Assembly: GCA_041390865.1 (NCBI GenBank)
Contig: JAWKPC010000009.1
Coordinates: 4,933 to 68,932 of the forward strand
Source of the DNA: Thermomicrobiales bacterium
Lineage (GTDB): Bacteria; Chloroflexota; Chloroflexia; Thermomicrobiales; CFX8
Length of the DNA: 64,000 nt
Direction: 5' to 3'
The translations under genes were made by a program, and so were the position numbers. The notes beneath the pieces are model-generated. The model saw only the letters and a program-made list of their open reading frames with translations, did not search any database and was not told where the DNA came from. Positions 1 through 10,233 of this stretch are shown piece by piece. Each line of letters begins with the position of its first letter. Position 1 is the first letter of the stretch.

Positions 1-1
1 G

Positions 2-94
2 CAGCTCGCGAAGCTCGATGCCGTGCTGGCCGAAGATCTCCCGGCCTTCAATGCGAAGGTCAAGGAAGTCGGCGCCGAGGCGGTGGCGATTTAG
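2..94 (+). CDS. C-terminal fragment of a gene that starts upstream of the window; product not assignable
   Basis: Frame is open from base 2 (..QLAKLDAVLAEDLPAFNAKVKEVGAEAVAI*) with TAG at 92-94. Only about 30 codons are visible. Confidence 0.3.
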   Translation, partial: QLAKLDAVLAEDLPAFNAKVKEVGAEAVAI

Positions 95-109
95 GGAGGT
101 CCGTCGCCT

Positions 110-502
110 TCAACCCCTCTCCCACAGCTCCGCTTCGCTACGCGGAAGAGGGGGCCCGATCCAGGCAACGACATTGCTGCTCTTTTCTTGTTCCCCTCTT
201 CCCTCTGAGCGTAGCGGAAGCGTGTCGGAGAGGGCCGCGGTGAGGGAGGTCTTCACTGTGCCTACGAGGTCGCGAGACTGCCTTCGGTCATGAGCGAATC
301 GACAAGATAGCTTGCCGCTTCGATATTCGTCCAGCTCGTGCTCATAGGATGACTCAGCCGCATTCGTGAGCGTGTCAACGAAGGGTTCCAGCCAAGGATG
401 CCGGGGCACGTATGTTCGCGTGAATGACTCGGTCTGGATTCCGATCAGTTCCATTGTTTCGGGATCCAGCATTGCATAACAACGTGTCGGTGATGTCGAC
501 AC
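110..502 (-). CDS. hypothetical protein; boundaries unreliable
   Basis: 130-aa ORF from the track (..MLDPETMELIGIQTESFTRTYVPRHPWLEPFVDTL..). The 3' third reads through the REP-like units. The same frame stays open upstream to about 640 without a start codon, so this may be a remnant of a longer gene. Confidence 0.3.
   Translation of the reverse strand: MSTSPTRCYAMLDPETMELIGIQTESFTRTYVPRHPWLEPFVDTLTNAAESSYEHELDEYRSGKLSCRFAHDRRQSRDLVGTVKTSLTAALSDTLPLRSEGRGEQEKSSNVVAWIGPPLPRSEAELWERG
114..234. repeat. Two REP-like palindromic units in mutually inverted orientation
   Basis: Unit 1 is CCCCTCT (114-120) ... AGAGGGG (147-153). Unit 2 is CCCTCT (201-206) ... AGAGGG (229-234). The cores ccgcttcgctacgc and gcgtagcggaagcg are near reverse complements. 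The 12-mer cccctctcccac recurs at 9288-9299. Confidence 0.45.
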
Positions 503-764
503 TAATGGATGGTCCAGTTTTGTCGTAAATGAAGAAGTCAGTGTATCGGCTTCTTTGTCGTGCTCGATTCTGGATTCATCGGTAGCGGAAACCGCCGGGA
601 TCGCGCCGTAGATGAAACGTGTCTGGCATTACGTGTCGGCCATAGCTATGCCTCTTAACCCGCGATCCTTGGTGGAGTTGCAACTGCCAGGACACCAATA
701 AGATCTTCAGCTCACTTCGCTATTATGATACGATCAGAACATACGTTCTTTCTAAGTCGAAAGT

Positions 765-1924
765 GTGCAGATGCCACCAAAGAAGCATGGCACAATCTGG
801 GAGGCTAAGCCTCATACGATCGCCAAAGTCAAGATCTTAGAACGATATCTCCAAGCGTGGTCCCGATTATGGGAAGATCTGCGGGCTACGGGCAGGAGAT
901 TCTCTACATCGACGGTTTTGCAGGTCCCGGTCACTATATCAATCATCCGACTGGATCTCCTGTTGCTGCCCTACGAGCAGCTGCAAGGCAAGAAGCCAAG
1001 CCGATGTGACAATGGAAAGCAGGGATATTCACTGCGCTTTCGTCGAGATGGATACTGATCGATGCGAGTACCTACAAAATCACCTGATGCCGTTTCAGGC
1101 GATTTCAGGTGTGAACTACTCCATCGCATGTACTCCGTTCTCGGAGGGGATCGACGAACTGGCGAAGCAGAGGCCCGAGTTCTTTACCGGTCGGCTGCCC
1201 ATGTTCGCATTTATCGATCCGTTTGGCGCTACCGGTGCTCCGTTCTCGGTGGTGTATCGGCTTCTGGCCAGTCCAAGATCGGAAGTATTCATCAACTTTG
1301 ATGTTGATGCCGTAGCACGGATCTTCGGAGCTGGGGATCACGCTCGACATGAGGATCTGCTGGGCGATATCTTCGGCGACAATGAATGGCGGTCGGAATT
1401 CGAGCGGTTTAGTAGCGATTTCCCAAATTTATGGTGGGCGATTCTAGCCGCTTATAAGACGAGGCTCTGGAATCTGCCGCGAGTCCGTGCATCATTCTCC
1501 TTTGAGATGACAATACCGATACTCTTCCTCACTATCATCTTATCTTCGCTAGTCAGCATCATCGTGGATTGGAAAAGATGAAGGAAGCGATGAAAGGGAT
1601 TGACCAAACGGGCGAGTATCGGTTCTATGACGCGCATGTGAATCGGCCTAGACTATTCAGATTTGATCAGCCTCGAGACTTTGCGCCCAAGCTCAAGGAG
1701 TCTTTGAAGGCGCATCAGTTTCTTATGACGCAGTTCGAGACTACGCCTTGAATGAAACTCCATTCTTGAATCCAAAGAGCATGCTCAAGGTCCTGGAGGA
1801 AGACGGACTGATAACCGTAGATTCTACAAACCCGAAACGACGTCTAGGCACCTTTAACGAGAAATGGCTGAGATTGATCCAATTGAAGAAGGAAGGTTCC
1901 GATGGCGAGACGGAGCAATATTGA
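765..1924 (+). pseudogene. tcmP: three-Cys-motif partner protein TcmP family, frame-disrupted (at least 4 frame changes)
   Basis: Family-typical segments lie in different frames. These are HTIAKVKILERYLQAW (ORF 765..1058), then GQEILYIDGFAGPGHYINHPTGSP in another frame, then HCAFVEMD..FAFIDPFGATGAPFSVV (ORF 1006..1581), then YHLIFASQH..KEAMKGIDQTGEYRF (ORF 1569..1751), then a tail ending ..GETEQY* at 1922-1924. It overlaps the start of its usual DUF5131 partner. Confidence 0.6.
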
Positions 1925-2660
1925 GTGGACTGACATGACGTGGAATCCCGTAACTGGTTGTACAAAGATCAGTGCTGGATGTAAACATTGCTACGCGGAA
2001 ACAATGGCAAAACGACTCCACCAATGGGGAGCGCGCGATATCGAGATGGATTCAAAGTCACACTTCACGAAGATCTGATCGGACTACCCTTCCGGTGGAG
2101 GAAGCTCGCATGGTCTTCGTCAACTCGATGTCGGATCTGTTTCACGACCGAGTCCCGTTCCGCTTCATCGAACGGGTCTTCGAAACTATGGAGGCATGTT
2201 CACAGCATGTCTTTCAAGTACTTACCATGCGGCCAGAACGCTTTGGATGTCGCCAATAGCTTGCCATGGCCTGAAAACGTTTGATGGGTCGTCAGTGTAG
2301 AAAACCAACGCTACACCTATAGATCAGAGATTCTCCAGCGAGTACCAGCTCAGGTCAGGTTTCTGTCAATTGAGCCGCTAATCGGTCGAATTGATCACAT
2401 CTCTCTCGATGAGATCCACTGGGTGATAGTAGGTGGAGAATCAGGTCCGCGAGCCCGTCCACTGGAACCCTCATGGGTCGAGGAGATCTATAGTAAATGC
2501 CGCGCATCGGACGTTCCGTTCTTCTTTAAGCAATGGGGAGGGTTCAAAACATCGAACTGGACGCGAGCTATTTGGGACGACGTTCGATGAAATGCCATTC
2601 GCCTACGAGAATCGCACGTCTAGTCAACGTTCGATCCCGATTACGGTCGATCTTCATTGA
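1902..2660 (+). pseudogene. DUF5131 / phage Gp37-Gp68 family protein (three-Cys motif), frame-disrupted
   Basis: ATG at 1902 gives [39 protein letters not shown], which carries the C-x6-C-x2-C motif. Later conserved pieces ([47 protein letters not shown]) sit in at least 3 other frames (ORFs 1972..2259, 1988..2284, 2433..2660). Confidence 0.65.
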
Positions 2661-2786
2661 GGTCTCATCATGGTCGCTAGCGCTGTTCCGCGGACGCCCA
2701 AGTGAAGCTGCCGTTCGCACAGTTGTGTGGGGGGCATGACTAAGTGAGGCCGACTGTTCAAAACCATTCAAAGATGAAGGAAGCGC

Positions 2787-3281
2787 ATGAAAATCGAAGC
2801 GAAGCTCGAAGAGATGGGGTTGACGTTGCCGCCGGTCGGGACGTACGCGTCGCCGCAGACGGGACCACCGGTGCCGGTCGTGGTGCGGAATGGCATCGCC
2901 TACGTATCGGGCCACTCGTCGCGGGCGATAGACGGCAAGGGCGCGGCGCCGAAGGGTGCGGTTCCGAGCAAGGTCTCGCCGGACGACGCTCGCGAGGCGG
3001 CGAAGGGCGCGGGTCTGACGATCCTTACCCAGCTCAAGGAAGAACTCGGCGATCTCGACCGCATCTCGAAGTGGCTCTACGTCGCCGGAATGGTCAACGC
3101 CGATCCGGGGTTTGACCGGACATCGTATGTCATGAGCGGTTTCTCGGAGTTCATCATCGAGTTGTTCGGGCCGGAAATCGGCAATCACGCCCGTTCGGCG
3201 GCAGGCCATTCGACGCTGGCCGGCAACAGCTGCGTCATCGTTGCAGCCTGGGTCGAGGTCGACGGGCACGACACGGAATAG
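2787..3281 (+). CDS. RidA/YjgF-family reactive-intermediate deaminase-like protein
   Basis: Intact 164-aa ORF with a family-like layout (..IAYVSGH..ARSAAGHSTLAGNSCVIVAAWVEVD). Confidence 0.8.
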   Translation: MKIEAKLEEMGLTLPPVGTYASPQTGPPVPVVVRNGIAYVSGHSSRAIDGKGAAPKGAVPSKVSPDDAREAAKGAGLTILTQLKEELGDLDRISKWLYVAGMVNADPGFDRTSYVMSGFSEFIIELFGPEIGNHARSAAGHSTLAGNSCVIVAAWVEVDGHDTE

Positions 3282-3291
3282 GTCCTGTGCC

Positions 3292-3582
3292 TCAGAGGAG
3301 CCAGAAGACGGCCATCCCGGTCAGGAGAGCGGCCCAGAGCTGACGGGTCAGAAGCACGGCTCCGGCGGCGAGCAGTGCGGCGACAATCCTGACGGCGTCG
3401 AGGTTGCCGTCGCTGCTCAGGCCGGGAACGATGAGCGCGGCGAAGGCGGCGACCGGGACGTAGGCCAGCGCCCTGTCGAGTCTGGCCGGGATAGCCTTTC
3501 GATTGAGCAGGGTGAAGCCGACAACCCGGGTAACGTAGGTCCCCAATGCGATGACGGCGATCAGTCCGGCACGCTCGATCAT
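3292..3582 (-). CDS. azlD: AzlD-family branched-chain amino acid transport protein
   Basis: 96-aa hydrophobic protein whose start overlaps the stop of the AzlC-like gene by 4 nt (3579-3582), the classic azlCD arrangement. Confidence 0.8.
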   Translation of the reverse strand: MIERAGLIAVIALGTYVTRVVGFTLLNRKAIPARLDRALAYVPVAAFAALIVPGLSSDGNLDAVRIVAALLAAGAVLLTRQLWAALLTGMAVFWLL

Positions 3583-4319
3583 CCGGGCCCTCCAGTGAGA
3601 GCCGTCGAGCAGGACGCTGCCGTCGCGGCCAGCGCGATGACCAGGACGATCGATGCTCCGTCAGGCACGACCCCATCGATGGCGAACATCAGCGCTGCGG
3701 CGATGATCGCGACGGCGACGTCGACGCGTGTCTTCAGCATCGGCATCAGCAATGCCACGAAGGTAAGCGGGAAGATGAACTCCAGGCCGATTCGCTCGGT
3801 GGCGGGTAAGGCATCGCCAACCAGCGCTCCGAAAGCCGTTGCCGGGATGTAGATGATCCAGAGGCTGATGCTGACCCCCAGGAGAAACAGGGAGCTCACC
3901 CGACCGGCGACGAATGACCGGAGCGAGACGCCATAGGATTCGTCGGTCAAGAAGAAGGCAAGGACCGGTTTCGGCGGCGTCGTGCGCTCCGGCAACCAGC
4001 GGTTGATCGACAGGCCGTAGAAGATGTGGCGGACATTCAGGAGGAGCCCGGTCAGGACGATCGGGATGAATCCAGCGCCGGAGGCATAGAGGGCGACGGC
4101 CGCGACCTGAGCCGAGCCGGCGAAGATCAGGGCCGACATCGCGACGATCTCGAACGGCCCGAAACCTGCCGTGCGGGCGGCGATTGCATAGGCGATCGAG
4201 AAAGCGACCACGCCGGGCCAGAGCGGGATCATCTGGATAAAGCCGCGCCGGAAATCCTCATCGAGGCCGACGGCGGCGATCTGTTGTCCGACGTGCCGCC
4301 GGCTCGGAAGAACTGACAT
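3579..4319 (-). CDS. azlC: AzlC-family branched-chain amino acid permease subunit
   Basis: 246-aa polytopic membrane protein, translationally coupled to azlD. Confidence 0.85.
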   Translation of the reverse strand: MSVLPSRRHVGQQIAAVGLDEDFRRGFIQMIPLWPGVVAFSIAYAIAARTAGFGPFEIVAMSALIFAGSAQVAAVALYASGAGFIPIVLTGLLLNVRHIFYGLSINRWLPERTTPPKPVLAFFLTDESYGVSLRSFVAGRVSSLFLLGVSISLWIIYIPATAFGALVGDALPATERIGLEFIFPLTFVALLMPMLKTRVDVAVAIIAAALMFAIDGVVPDGASIVLVIALAATAASCSTALTGGPG

Positions 4320-4331
4320 GTGGTCATGTCC

Positions 4332-4382
4332 GATCTGTTAGATCGAGAGTCCAATAGGTCGATATTGAATGGGCACGTGCCC
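4332..4382. promoter_or_regulatory. Palindromes in the azlC / mocR-like divergent intergenic region (candidate operators)
   Basis: GATCTgttAGATC at 4332-4344 and the perfect 12-bp palindrome GGGCACGTGCCC at 4371-4382. Both lie between divergent starts at 4319 (-) and 4447 (+). Confidence 0.3.
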
Positions 4383-4446
4383 GTAGGAAATACCCAATAT
4401 GTGATTGGATCTTCCGGAGTCTGGTAGCTACGACTACAATGCAGCT

Positions 4447-5877
4447 ATGGAATTCTCAACGATTGACCTGGATAGACAGCAGGATGCGGCGCTTTATCTC
4501 CAGCTTTGCGATGCGCTGGTCTCGGCGATCGACGACGGCGAGCTCGTCCCGGGAGAACGCCTTCCCTCGGAGCGCGATCTCGCCCGGCAGCTCGGAGTCA
4601 GCCGGACGACGGTGATCAACGCCTACGACGAGCTGCGCGCCCGGGGGCTGGTACGCGGTCAGGTGGGTCGCGGCACCTTCGTCGATGCCCGGCCGGACCA
4701 CACCGACGCGCCGTTCGCCTGGAGGGGCAAGGTGTCGCTCGGCGCGCTGCGGACGCTCGATCCAACTCTTCGCTGGATAACGAACGTGGCCAGTGATACG
4801 TCGATGATCTCCTTCGCCCCGGCACTTCCGGCGATCGATATCTTTCCGGTCGACAAGCTCAAAGATGCCGTCGCCGATGCGCTCGACCGGTACCCGCTTC
4901 GCGCGTTGACTCTCTCTCCGACCGAGGGCCAACCCGAGCTGCGGAAGGCTGCGGCGAAGCGGATTGGCGCCCGTCCGGAGCAGATCCTGATCGTTTCCGG
5001 GGCGATGCAGGGCATCGATCTGGTGGCGCGGTGCCTGCTCGATCCCGGTGATACGGTCATCATGGACCGTCCCGGCTACCTCGGCGCGATCCAAACGTTC
5101 CGGGCGTCGGGGGCGAGCATCATCGGTTGGGACATCGAACGTGCGGATGTCGATGAGCTCGAAGATCTGCTGATGCGCTACCGCCCGAAGCTGCTCTACA
5201 CCAACCCGACCTTCCAGAACCCGACCGGCCGGGTGATGCCAAGAGGTGTCCGCCAGGATCTGCTCGACCTGGCCAATCGCTACCGGCTGCCGATCGTCGA
5301 GGACGAGCCTTATCGCGAGCTCGGGTTCGACGGATCCCCGCCGCCGACGCTCTACAGCCTCGACCGGAACGCGCTGGTGATCCATCTCCATACCTTCTCG
5401 AAGACGCTGGCGGGCGGATTCCGGATGGGCTTTCTGGCGGCGGCCGAGGAGATCATCGACCAGCTTGCTCTCTTCAAGCAGCGCAGCGATGTGACCTCGC
5501 CAAGTCTCGAGCAGTTCATCGTCGCCCGGATGCTCACCGGTGATTTCTTCGACCGGCACATGGAGCGGCTGCGCATCGAGCACAAGCGCCGGGCCGGGGC
5601 GATGCTCGCCGCGCTGGAGCGGAACGTGCCTGCCGGAACGCTCTCGATCGATCCCGTCGTCGGGGGGCTCTACATCTGGGTCACGATGCGGGGCAGGCAG
5701 GATGGCTACGAGCTGCTGCGCCGGTCGGAATCAGCGGGCGTCGTCTTCGTCCCGGGCGAGACGTTCTACCCGGATGTGGCCGGGAAGAACCAGTTCCGGC
5801 TCTGCTTTGCAGCGGTTACGCCGGAGCGCATTGATGAGGGCATCGCGAAGCTGGGGCCGCTGATCTCACCGCGATAG
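4447..5877 (+). CDS. MocR/PdxR-type regulator: GntR-family wHTH fused to a fold-type I aminotransferase-like domain
   Basis: The N-terminus reads LYLQLCDALVSAIDDGELVPGERLPSERDLARQLGVSRTTVINAYDELRARG. A long aminotransferase-like domain follows (..HTFSKTLAGGFRMGFL..). The track ORF starts at 4405; the ATG at 4447 fits the family N-terminus better. Confidence 0.9.
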   Translation: MEFSTIDLDRQQDAALYLQLCDALVSAIDDGELVPGERLPSERDLARQLGVSRTTVINAYDELRARGLVRGQVGRGTFVDARPDHTDAPFAWRGKVSLGALRTLDPTLRWITNVASDTSMISFAPALPAIDIFPVDKLKDAVADALDRYPLRALTLSPTEGQPELRKAAAKRIGARPEQILIVSGAMQGIDLVARCLLDPGDTVIMDRPGYLGAIQTFRASGASIIGWDIERADVDELEDLLMRYRPKLLYTNPTFQNPTGRVMPRGVRQDLLDLANRYRLPIVEDEPYRELGFDGSPPPTLYSLDRNALVIHLHTFSKTLAGGFRMGFLAAAEEIIDQLALFKQRSDVTSPSLEQFIVARMLTGDFFDRHMERLRIEHKRRAGAMLAALERNVPAGTLSIDPVVGGLYIWVTMRGRQDGYELLRRSESAGVVFVPGETFYPDVAGKNQFRLCFAAVTPERIDEGIAKLGPLISPR

Positions 5878-5955
5878 ACCGCTTAACCCTGAAGGCCGAC
5901 GCCGCCGCCGCCGGTCAACCGATGGGCACGTCCGGACATGCCCGTGGATAGCTCG

Positions 5956-6455
5956 CTATTCCCCGGTTTCGAGCCGACCCGCCAGCTCCAGAACTCGCCA
6001 GTAGGCCTTGTCGGCGCTGTAGATCAGTGTGTTTTCCAGACTCCGCTCGATCAGCTCGCCTTCGGCGGAGTGCGCTCCAGCAGTATGCGCCACGGCCTCG
6101 GGCAGCCCGACGGTCAGCGCACATGAACGCCGTAGACCGAATGGCGGATGGCCGGGTAACCCGCTGCACCAACGTCGTTCTTCCAGCGCTGCTGATTTCT
6201 GGGGCTGAACTCGAACGGCTTGCCGACATCGTGGCAGAGCGCGCAGGCCCAGAGGAGATCGCGATCGATTCCCAGATCTCCGTGGACCTCTTCGAGACCA
6301 TCGGCCAACCCTGAGCCATCCGGGCTACGCTGCGAATATGGTGCGCCTGCGATCCTTCGGTAGAGAGCAGGCGTATCCGGGTTGCCGGACGCTCTGATCT
6401 CCTCGATGCGGGAGAACTCGCTCTGGCTCAACGCGTAGGCCCAGGCTTCGATCAC
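5956..6455 (-). pseudogene. HD-domain phosphohydrolase-like protein with one frameshift near 6115
   Basis: ORF 6114..6455 contains ..LLWACALCHDVGKPFEF... The protein-like continuation ..LTVGLPEAVAHTAGAHSAEGELIERSLENTLIYSADKAYWRVLELAGRLETGE* lies in a different frame and ends at 5956-5958. Confidence 0.55.
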
Positions 6456-6554
6456 CAGATCAGCAGTTCGTTATCCTCCATGGACGCCAGTTCTTCCAAA
6501 GCTGTCCCGGACGGATTCGCGGTACGGACTCAGATCGCTCATTGGCCTTCCTCT

Positions 6555-7397
6555 CTATGGTTTCTGACAGGCAACATAGCGCGGATGGCCGCCGCCAGCG
6601 TCGAGGACTCGGATTCTCCCCTGCTCGGCGAGGTGGATCAGGTGCGCCCGGACGGTGCCTTCGGCCGCTCTCTGGATGTTCGGCTGCACTTCGGGATAGA
6701 TCAGCGCCGTGACCGCTTCACTGGTGTCCAGTCCGGACGCAACTGCGTCGAAGATCTCCCGCTCCCGGCTCTCTCTCCGTTCGATGTACTGGTCGATGCG
6801 CTCGTTGCCGTTGATGATCGCCGGCCCGTGTCCCGGATAGATGATGTCGATCTCGAACTCGTTGACGCGATGGAGTGAAGCCATGTAGTCGCGCATCGAG
6901 CCGGCTGGAGGCACAATCGATATCGTGCCGAAACCCGAAAGCAGGTCTCCGGCGAAGAGAGCCTTCAGCCCGGGCTCGTAGAGGCTGATGTGCCCGACCG
7001 CATGCCCCGGCGTCTCGATGACCGTCAGCCGGTACGGTCCCGCTTCGAACAGCTGTCCGGCGGAAAGCGGCTGAGCACCGGTGACGTCGGTCGACGTCGC
7101 GTCCGGATGCAGGTAACGTTCGGCGCCGGTCGCTTGCTGGATCGCCATCGCTGCCCCGGCATGATCCTGGTGAGCGTGAGTCAGGATGACCTTCTCCGGC
7201 GGGTCGATCCCGAAGTGCTCGATTGCCTCGGTGACCGCAACCCCGCCGTCGTCCGATCCGGCATCGACCAGGAGGCCGTGCCTGCGCCCGACGAAGTAGA
7301 CATTCGTCGGCTGGCCGATTCTGCCGACGAGATTCGGGACGCTTGCCCGGAACAGTTCATCCGAGATCTGTTCGAAGTCGGAGCTCATGGAAGACAC
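6555..7397 (-). CDS. MBL-fold metallo-hydrolase
   Basis: Intact 280 aa with the HxHxDH motif (THAHQDHAGAA). Confidence 0.85.
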   Translation of the reverse strand: MSSMSSDFEQISDELFRASVPNLVGRIGQPTNVYFVGRRHGLLVDAGSDDGGVAVTEAIEHFGIDPPEKVILTHAHQDHAGAAMAIQQATGAERYLHPDATSTDVTGAQPLSAGQLFEAGPYRLTVIETPGHAVGHISLYEPGLKALFAGDLLSGFGTISIVPPAGSMRDYMASLHRVNEFEIDIIYPGHGPAIINGNERIDQYIERRESREREIFDAVASGLDTSEAVTALIYPEVQPNIQRAAEGTVRAHLIHLAEQGRIRVLDAGGGHPRYVACQKP

Positions 7398-7604
7398 GTT
7401 CTTGGATCCCTACCGTCTCGATCAACTGCGGGCACGACCGTTTCAACCACGTGGGGCATCGCTTCCGAGCAGGCGATATTCCTGCGCCAATGCACTGACG
7501 ACCGTTCCCACCCGGAAGGGGATTGTAGCTATCTTTTTGCGATCACCAGATGAGTGTGATATTCGTGTGGCCGTCGGGCCTCGGTTAGCAGGACAAATTC
7601 GCGA

Positions 7605-9047
7605 TCAGTCCTGGCCATAGAGGGCGGTTTCGGGGAAGAAGCTTGACCAGCCGAACCAGAAGGCGAGATGGCCGGGAAGACGCGGAAGTTTGTCGCCGGC
7701 TGCAGCGGTAAGCGCCTCTTCGGTGATGGCCCAGGTCTGGCCGTCCTGATCGATCAACGTGCCGGGTTCTGGGCCGGGTCGGAAGGTGTGCCCTTCACGC
7801 TCGTAGGCGCGAACCGCCCCTCCCGCATCGTAGCTGAATGCGATGTCGTTCCGGTCGGTGCCGTTGACCTCTATCTTCTCTCCGCTACCGACAATGACGA
7901 TCTCGACGCCGCCCAGGTCGTCGCTGATTGCGCGTTCCGAGAGGACCGCGTCGGTCGGATACGCCTTCGGGTTGCCATTGATCTCGATCGCGAAGATCTG
8001 GGTTTTCTCCGGCAGCCGGCGGTCGGATTCCGGCGTCGGGAACCAGGTGCCCGAGCTGGTGAAGTACTCGCTGTAAGGCGTGCCGGGCCGGTACTGGCGG
8101 TCGTGTCCGGTGTCGAAGCTCAACACCGTCGTATCCGGATGGTCGACCAGCCAGTCGCTCCAGGTCGTCAGGACGATGGGCAGAATCTCGAGCTTGATCG
8201 CGGGGCGCCCGTTTGCGGAACCGGCAAGCTCGCCGAGTACCGGCTCGCCGGTTAGCTGGTTCCAGAGCGTGCGCGTCTGCCGGTCGTACATGAGCTTGTT
8301 GCTGCGATAGAGCAGCCCGGAGGTCCCGAAGTCGAAGACCGTTCCGTCCGGTTGGGTCGTCCGGTAGGCGATCCCGGCTCCGCAAAGGGTGCAGTAGGCG
8401 AGGCTGATCGGCTCGCCGCCGATGACATCGTTCGCCATCTCGTGCTGATCCATGATTCTCAGCGGATAGGCGCGCGCTTCGCCGTTGACGACCAGGCCGA
8501 AGACAGGTTCCTCGTCCATCATCCCGGTCGCGTCGGCTGCGCTCAGCACTGGCGGGTACTCGAGTGGCGGGATGCCGTCGACGCCGACGCCTCCCCAGAC
8601 AATCTCTTCAACGCGAATCGTGCTCGTCTCTCCGTCGTTGAGGAACTCACCAAAGCCCCGGTCGAGCCGCGAGAATAGCGAGCCCTTCCAGGCCGTGAAT
8701 CCGGGCGGCGGTTCATATTCCGTGTTTGCGTACCAGTCCCGCCATGCGAACCAGGAACGGCCGAACTTCTGGCCGCTCAATGCCTCCAGGGTTTCGACGT
8801 GAGCGACTCTCTCGCTGTTCTCGACCATCATCCGCTGCGTCTCGATGAAGACGGCGATGAAGCGTTTGTCATCCTGCTCCCTGATACGTGCCATCGCATC
8901 GAGCGCGGGCTGGCCCCGTTCCTCGCTGATCGCGTAGAGCAGTTCAACAGCTTCTTCGTCGGAGATCGGGTGCGGCGAACAGCCGGAGATACCGGCGGTA
9001 GCCAGGAGGGATAGGGAGATCAGGATAAGGACGAATGAGCGGTACAT
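7605..9047 (-). CDS. DUF3179-family lipoprotein
   Basis: Intact 480 aa. It has a signal peptide with a lipobox (..LLATAGISGC) and a family-like core (..GIPPLEYPPV..NGEARAYPLRIMDQHEMANDVIGGEPISLAYCTLCGAG..). Confidence 0.75.
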   Translation of the reverse strand: MYRSFVLILISLSLLATAGISGCSPHPISDEEAVELLYAISEERGQPALDAMARIREQDDKRFIAVFIETQRMMVENSERVAHVETLEALSGQKFGRSWFAWRDWYANTEYEPPPGFTAWKGSLFSRLDRGFGEFLNDGETSTIRVEEIVWGGVGVDGIPPLEYPPVLSAADATGMMDEEPVFGLVVNGEARAYPLRIMDQHEMANDVIGGEPISLAYCTLCGAGIAYRTTQPDGTVFDFGTSGLLYRSNKLMYDRQTRTLWNQLTGEPVLGELAGSANGRPAIKLEILPIVLTTWSDWLVDHPDTTVLSFDTGHDRQYRPGTPYSEYFTSSGTWFPTPESDRRLPEKTQIFAIEINGNPKAYPTDAVLSERAISDDLGGVEIVIVGSGEKIEVNGTDRNDIAFSYDAGGAVRAYEREGHTFRPGPEPGTLIDQDGQTWAITEEALTAAAGDKLPRLPGHLAFWFGWSSFFPETALYGQD

Positions 9048-9435
9048 GTTTCTCCGTCAGATCCGGTCCAGGAATCGGGAAGCTGTCCGACGCTGCCAGT
9101 ATGGTGGGGAGATATTACGCCGTTGCTACGGGTTCGGCGGTCCGGTTTGGCTCGATCTGGAAGCGCCGGACATCCGGTAGAAATCAGGAGGATGGATTTT
9201 CGGGAAGGCGGGAATAATCGGAGATGCATTGGAGTTATAGATAGCGAGACAACCAAATGGGCCGGCGGCGCGGCGCCTCACGTCCTTCCCCTCTCCCACT
9301 CAGAACCTGGACGACGAGGCTTTCTTTTCCCCCACACTGAATCGCCGGGCGCGTCCGGTCCACTGTTGTCCCACCCTCCTTCCCCTTGCGCCCGGGCGGC
9401 ACCCCCACCGCTCGGGCGACTCTCTTTCGGGTCGA

Positions 9436-10101
9436 TTATGTAGGTTCTCCAAGCCGTTCGATCCGGTGTCTGACGCTGCTCCGGTACCGCTCGGCGAGTT
9501 CTGGCAGCGCAGCCAGCTCCACCAGCGCGTCGAGGTCCTGCCCCCGGCGGGTGGCCGCAACCCTCCGGATCGTCCATTCCGGGTGAGGGCGGCCAATCCG
9601 CGTGAATTCCTGGCCGGCTTCGACAGCGCCTTCCCGGAGCGTCCGGTAGTACCAGCCGGTCCAGCCAAGCTGCTCGACGCGGGCCGTGAGGTTCGGGATG
9701 CCGTGGCGGCGGGCGATCTTCCAGCAGGGCCCGCGCGGGCTGGTGACCTGGATTACAACCTCGCCGATCTCGAAGGTATCGCCGATGCTGACGCGATCCT
9801 CGTCGAGCCCGTCGATCGTGAAATTCTCGCCGAACGCTCCGTAGGGAAATTCCGGGCGGTCCAGCTCCTCGCGCCAGTGTGGGTAGTGCCCGGCCGAGTA
9901 GCCGAGGATCGACTGATCGGGGCCGCCGTGAACCGCGAGATCGTCCTGCCGGTCGCCGGCCAGGTTCAATTCTCCCAGCCAGACGGGACCTGTAACCGAC
10001 TCTTTCAAAATCGCGCTCGACCACGAGCGGTCCGGCCTGAACCCGCCTTCGTCGCCGAAGATCTTCGGCATCCCCACCTGGATCGAGACCAGACGCACCA
10101 T
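9436..10101 (-). CDS. MOSC domain-containing protein (YiiM-like)
   Basis: MVRLVSIQVGMP..LAGDRQDDLAVHGGPDQ..GAFGENFTIDGLDE..PCWKIARR. The ATG at 10099-10101 follows GGAGGGGGAG. The longer track ORF (to 10314) is an upstream extension with no protein-like content. Confidence 0.85.
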   Translation of the reverse strand: MVRLVSIQVGMPKIFGDEGGFRPDRSWSSAILKESVTGPVWLGELNLAGDRQDDLAVHGGPDQSILGYSAGHYPHWREELDRPEFPYGAFGENFTIDGLDEDRVSIGDTFEIGEVVIQVTSPRGPCWKIARRHGIPNLTARVEQLGWTGWYYRTLREGAVEAGQEFTRIGRPHPEWTIRRVAATRRGQDLDALVELAALPELAERYRSSVRHRIERLGEPT

Positions 10102-10233
10102 TGCTCCCCCTCCGGAACCATTCGCGACCACAACACTGGAGAGGAACGGTACGACGTTTTCCCGATGGCGGACAACGTCTGGCGAATGACACTCTAGATG
10201 ATTGCCTGACCACTGAAATTGAGGGGATAATCG

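Noticed and set aside
721-760. TTCTTTCTAAG upstream of the TcmP-like gene, considered as a fourth heptad site.
   Set aside because: It has only one degenerate copy with no 11-bp partner. It resembles the motif by chance at the level I can judge.
4456-5583. Long antisense or overlapping ORFs. Examples are 4456..5583 (375 aa), 9278..10213, 10462..11205, 19697..20704, 34602..35417, 37410..38315, 39594..40475, 43052..44332 (426 aa), and the 22128..23114 extension.
   Set aside because: They lie opposite or out of frame to genes with clear family motifs. They are Arg/Pro/Gly-rich, as expected for non-coding frames in GC-rich DNA, and they lack RBS-linked starts.
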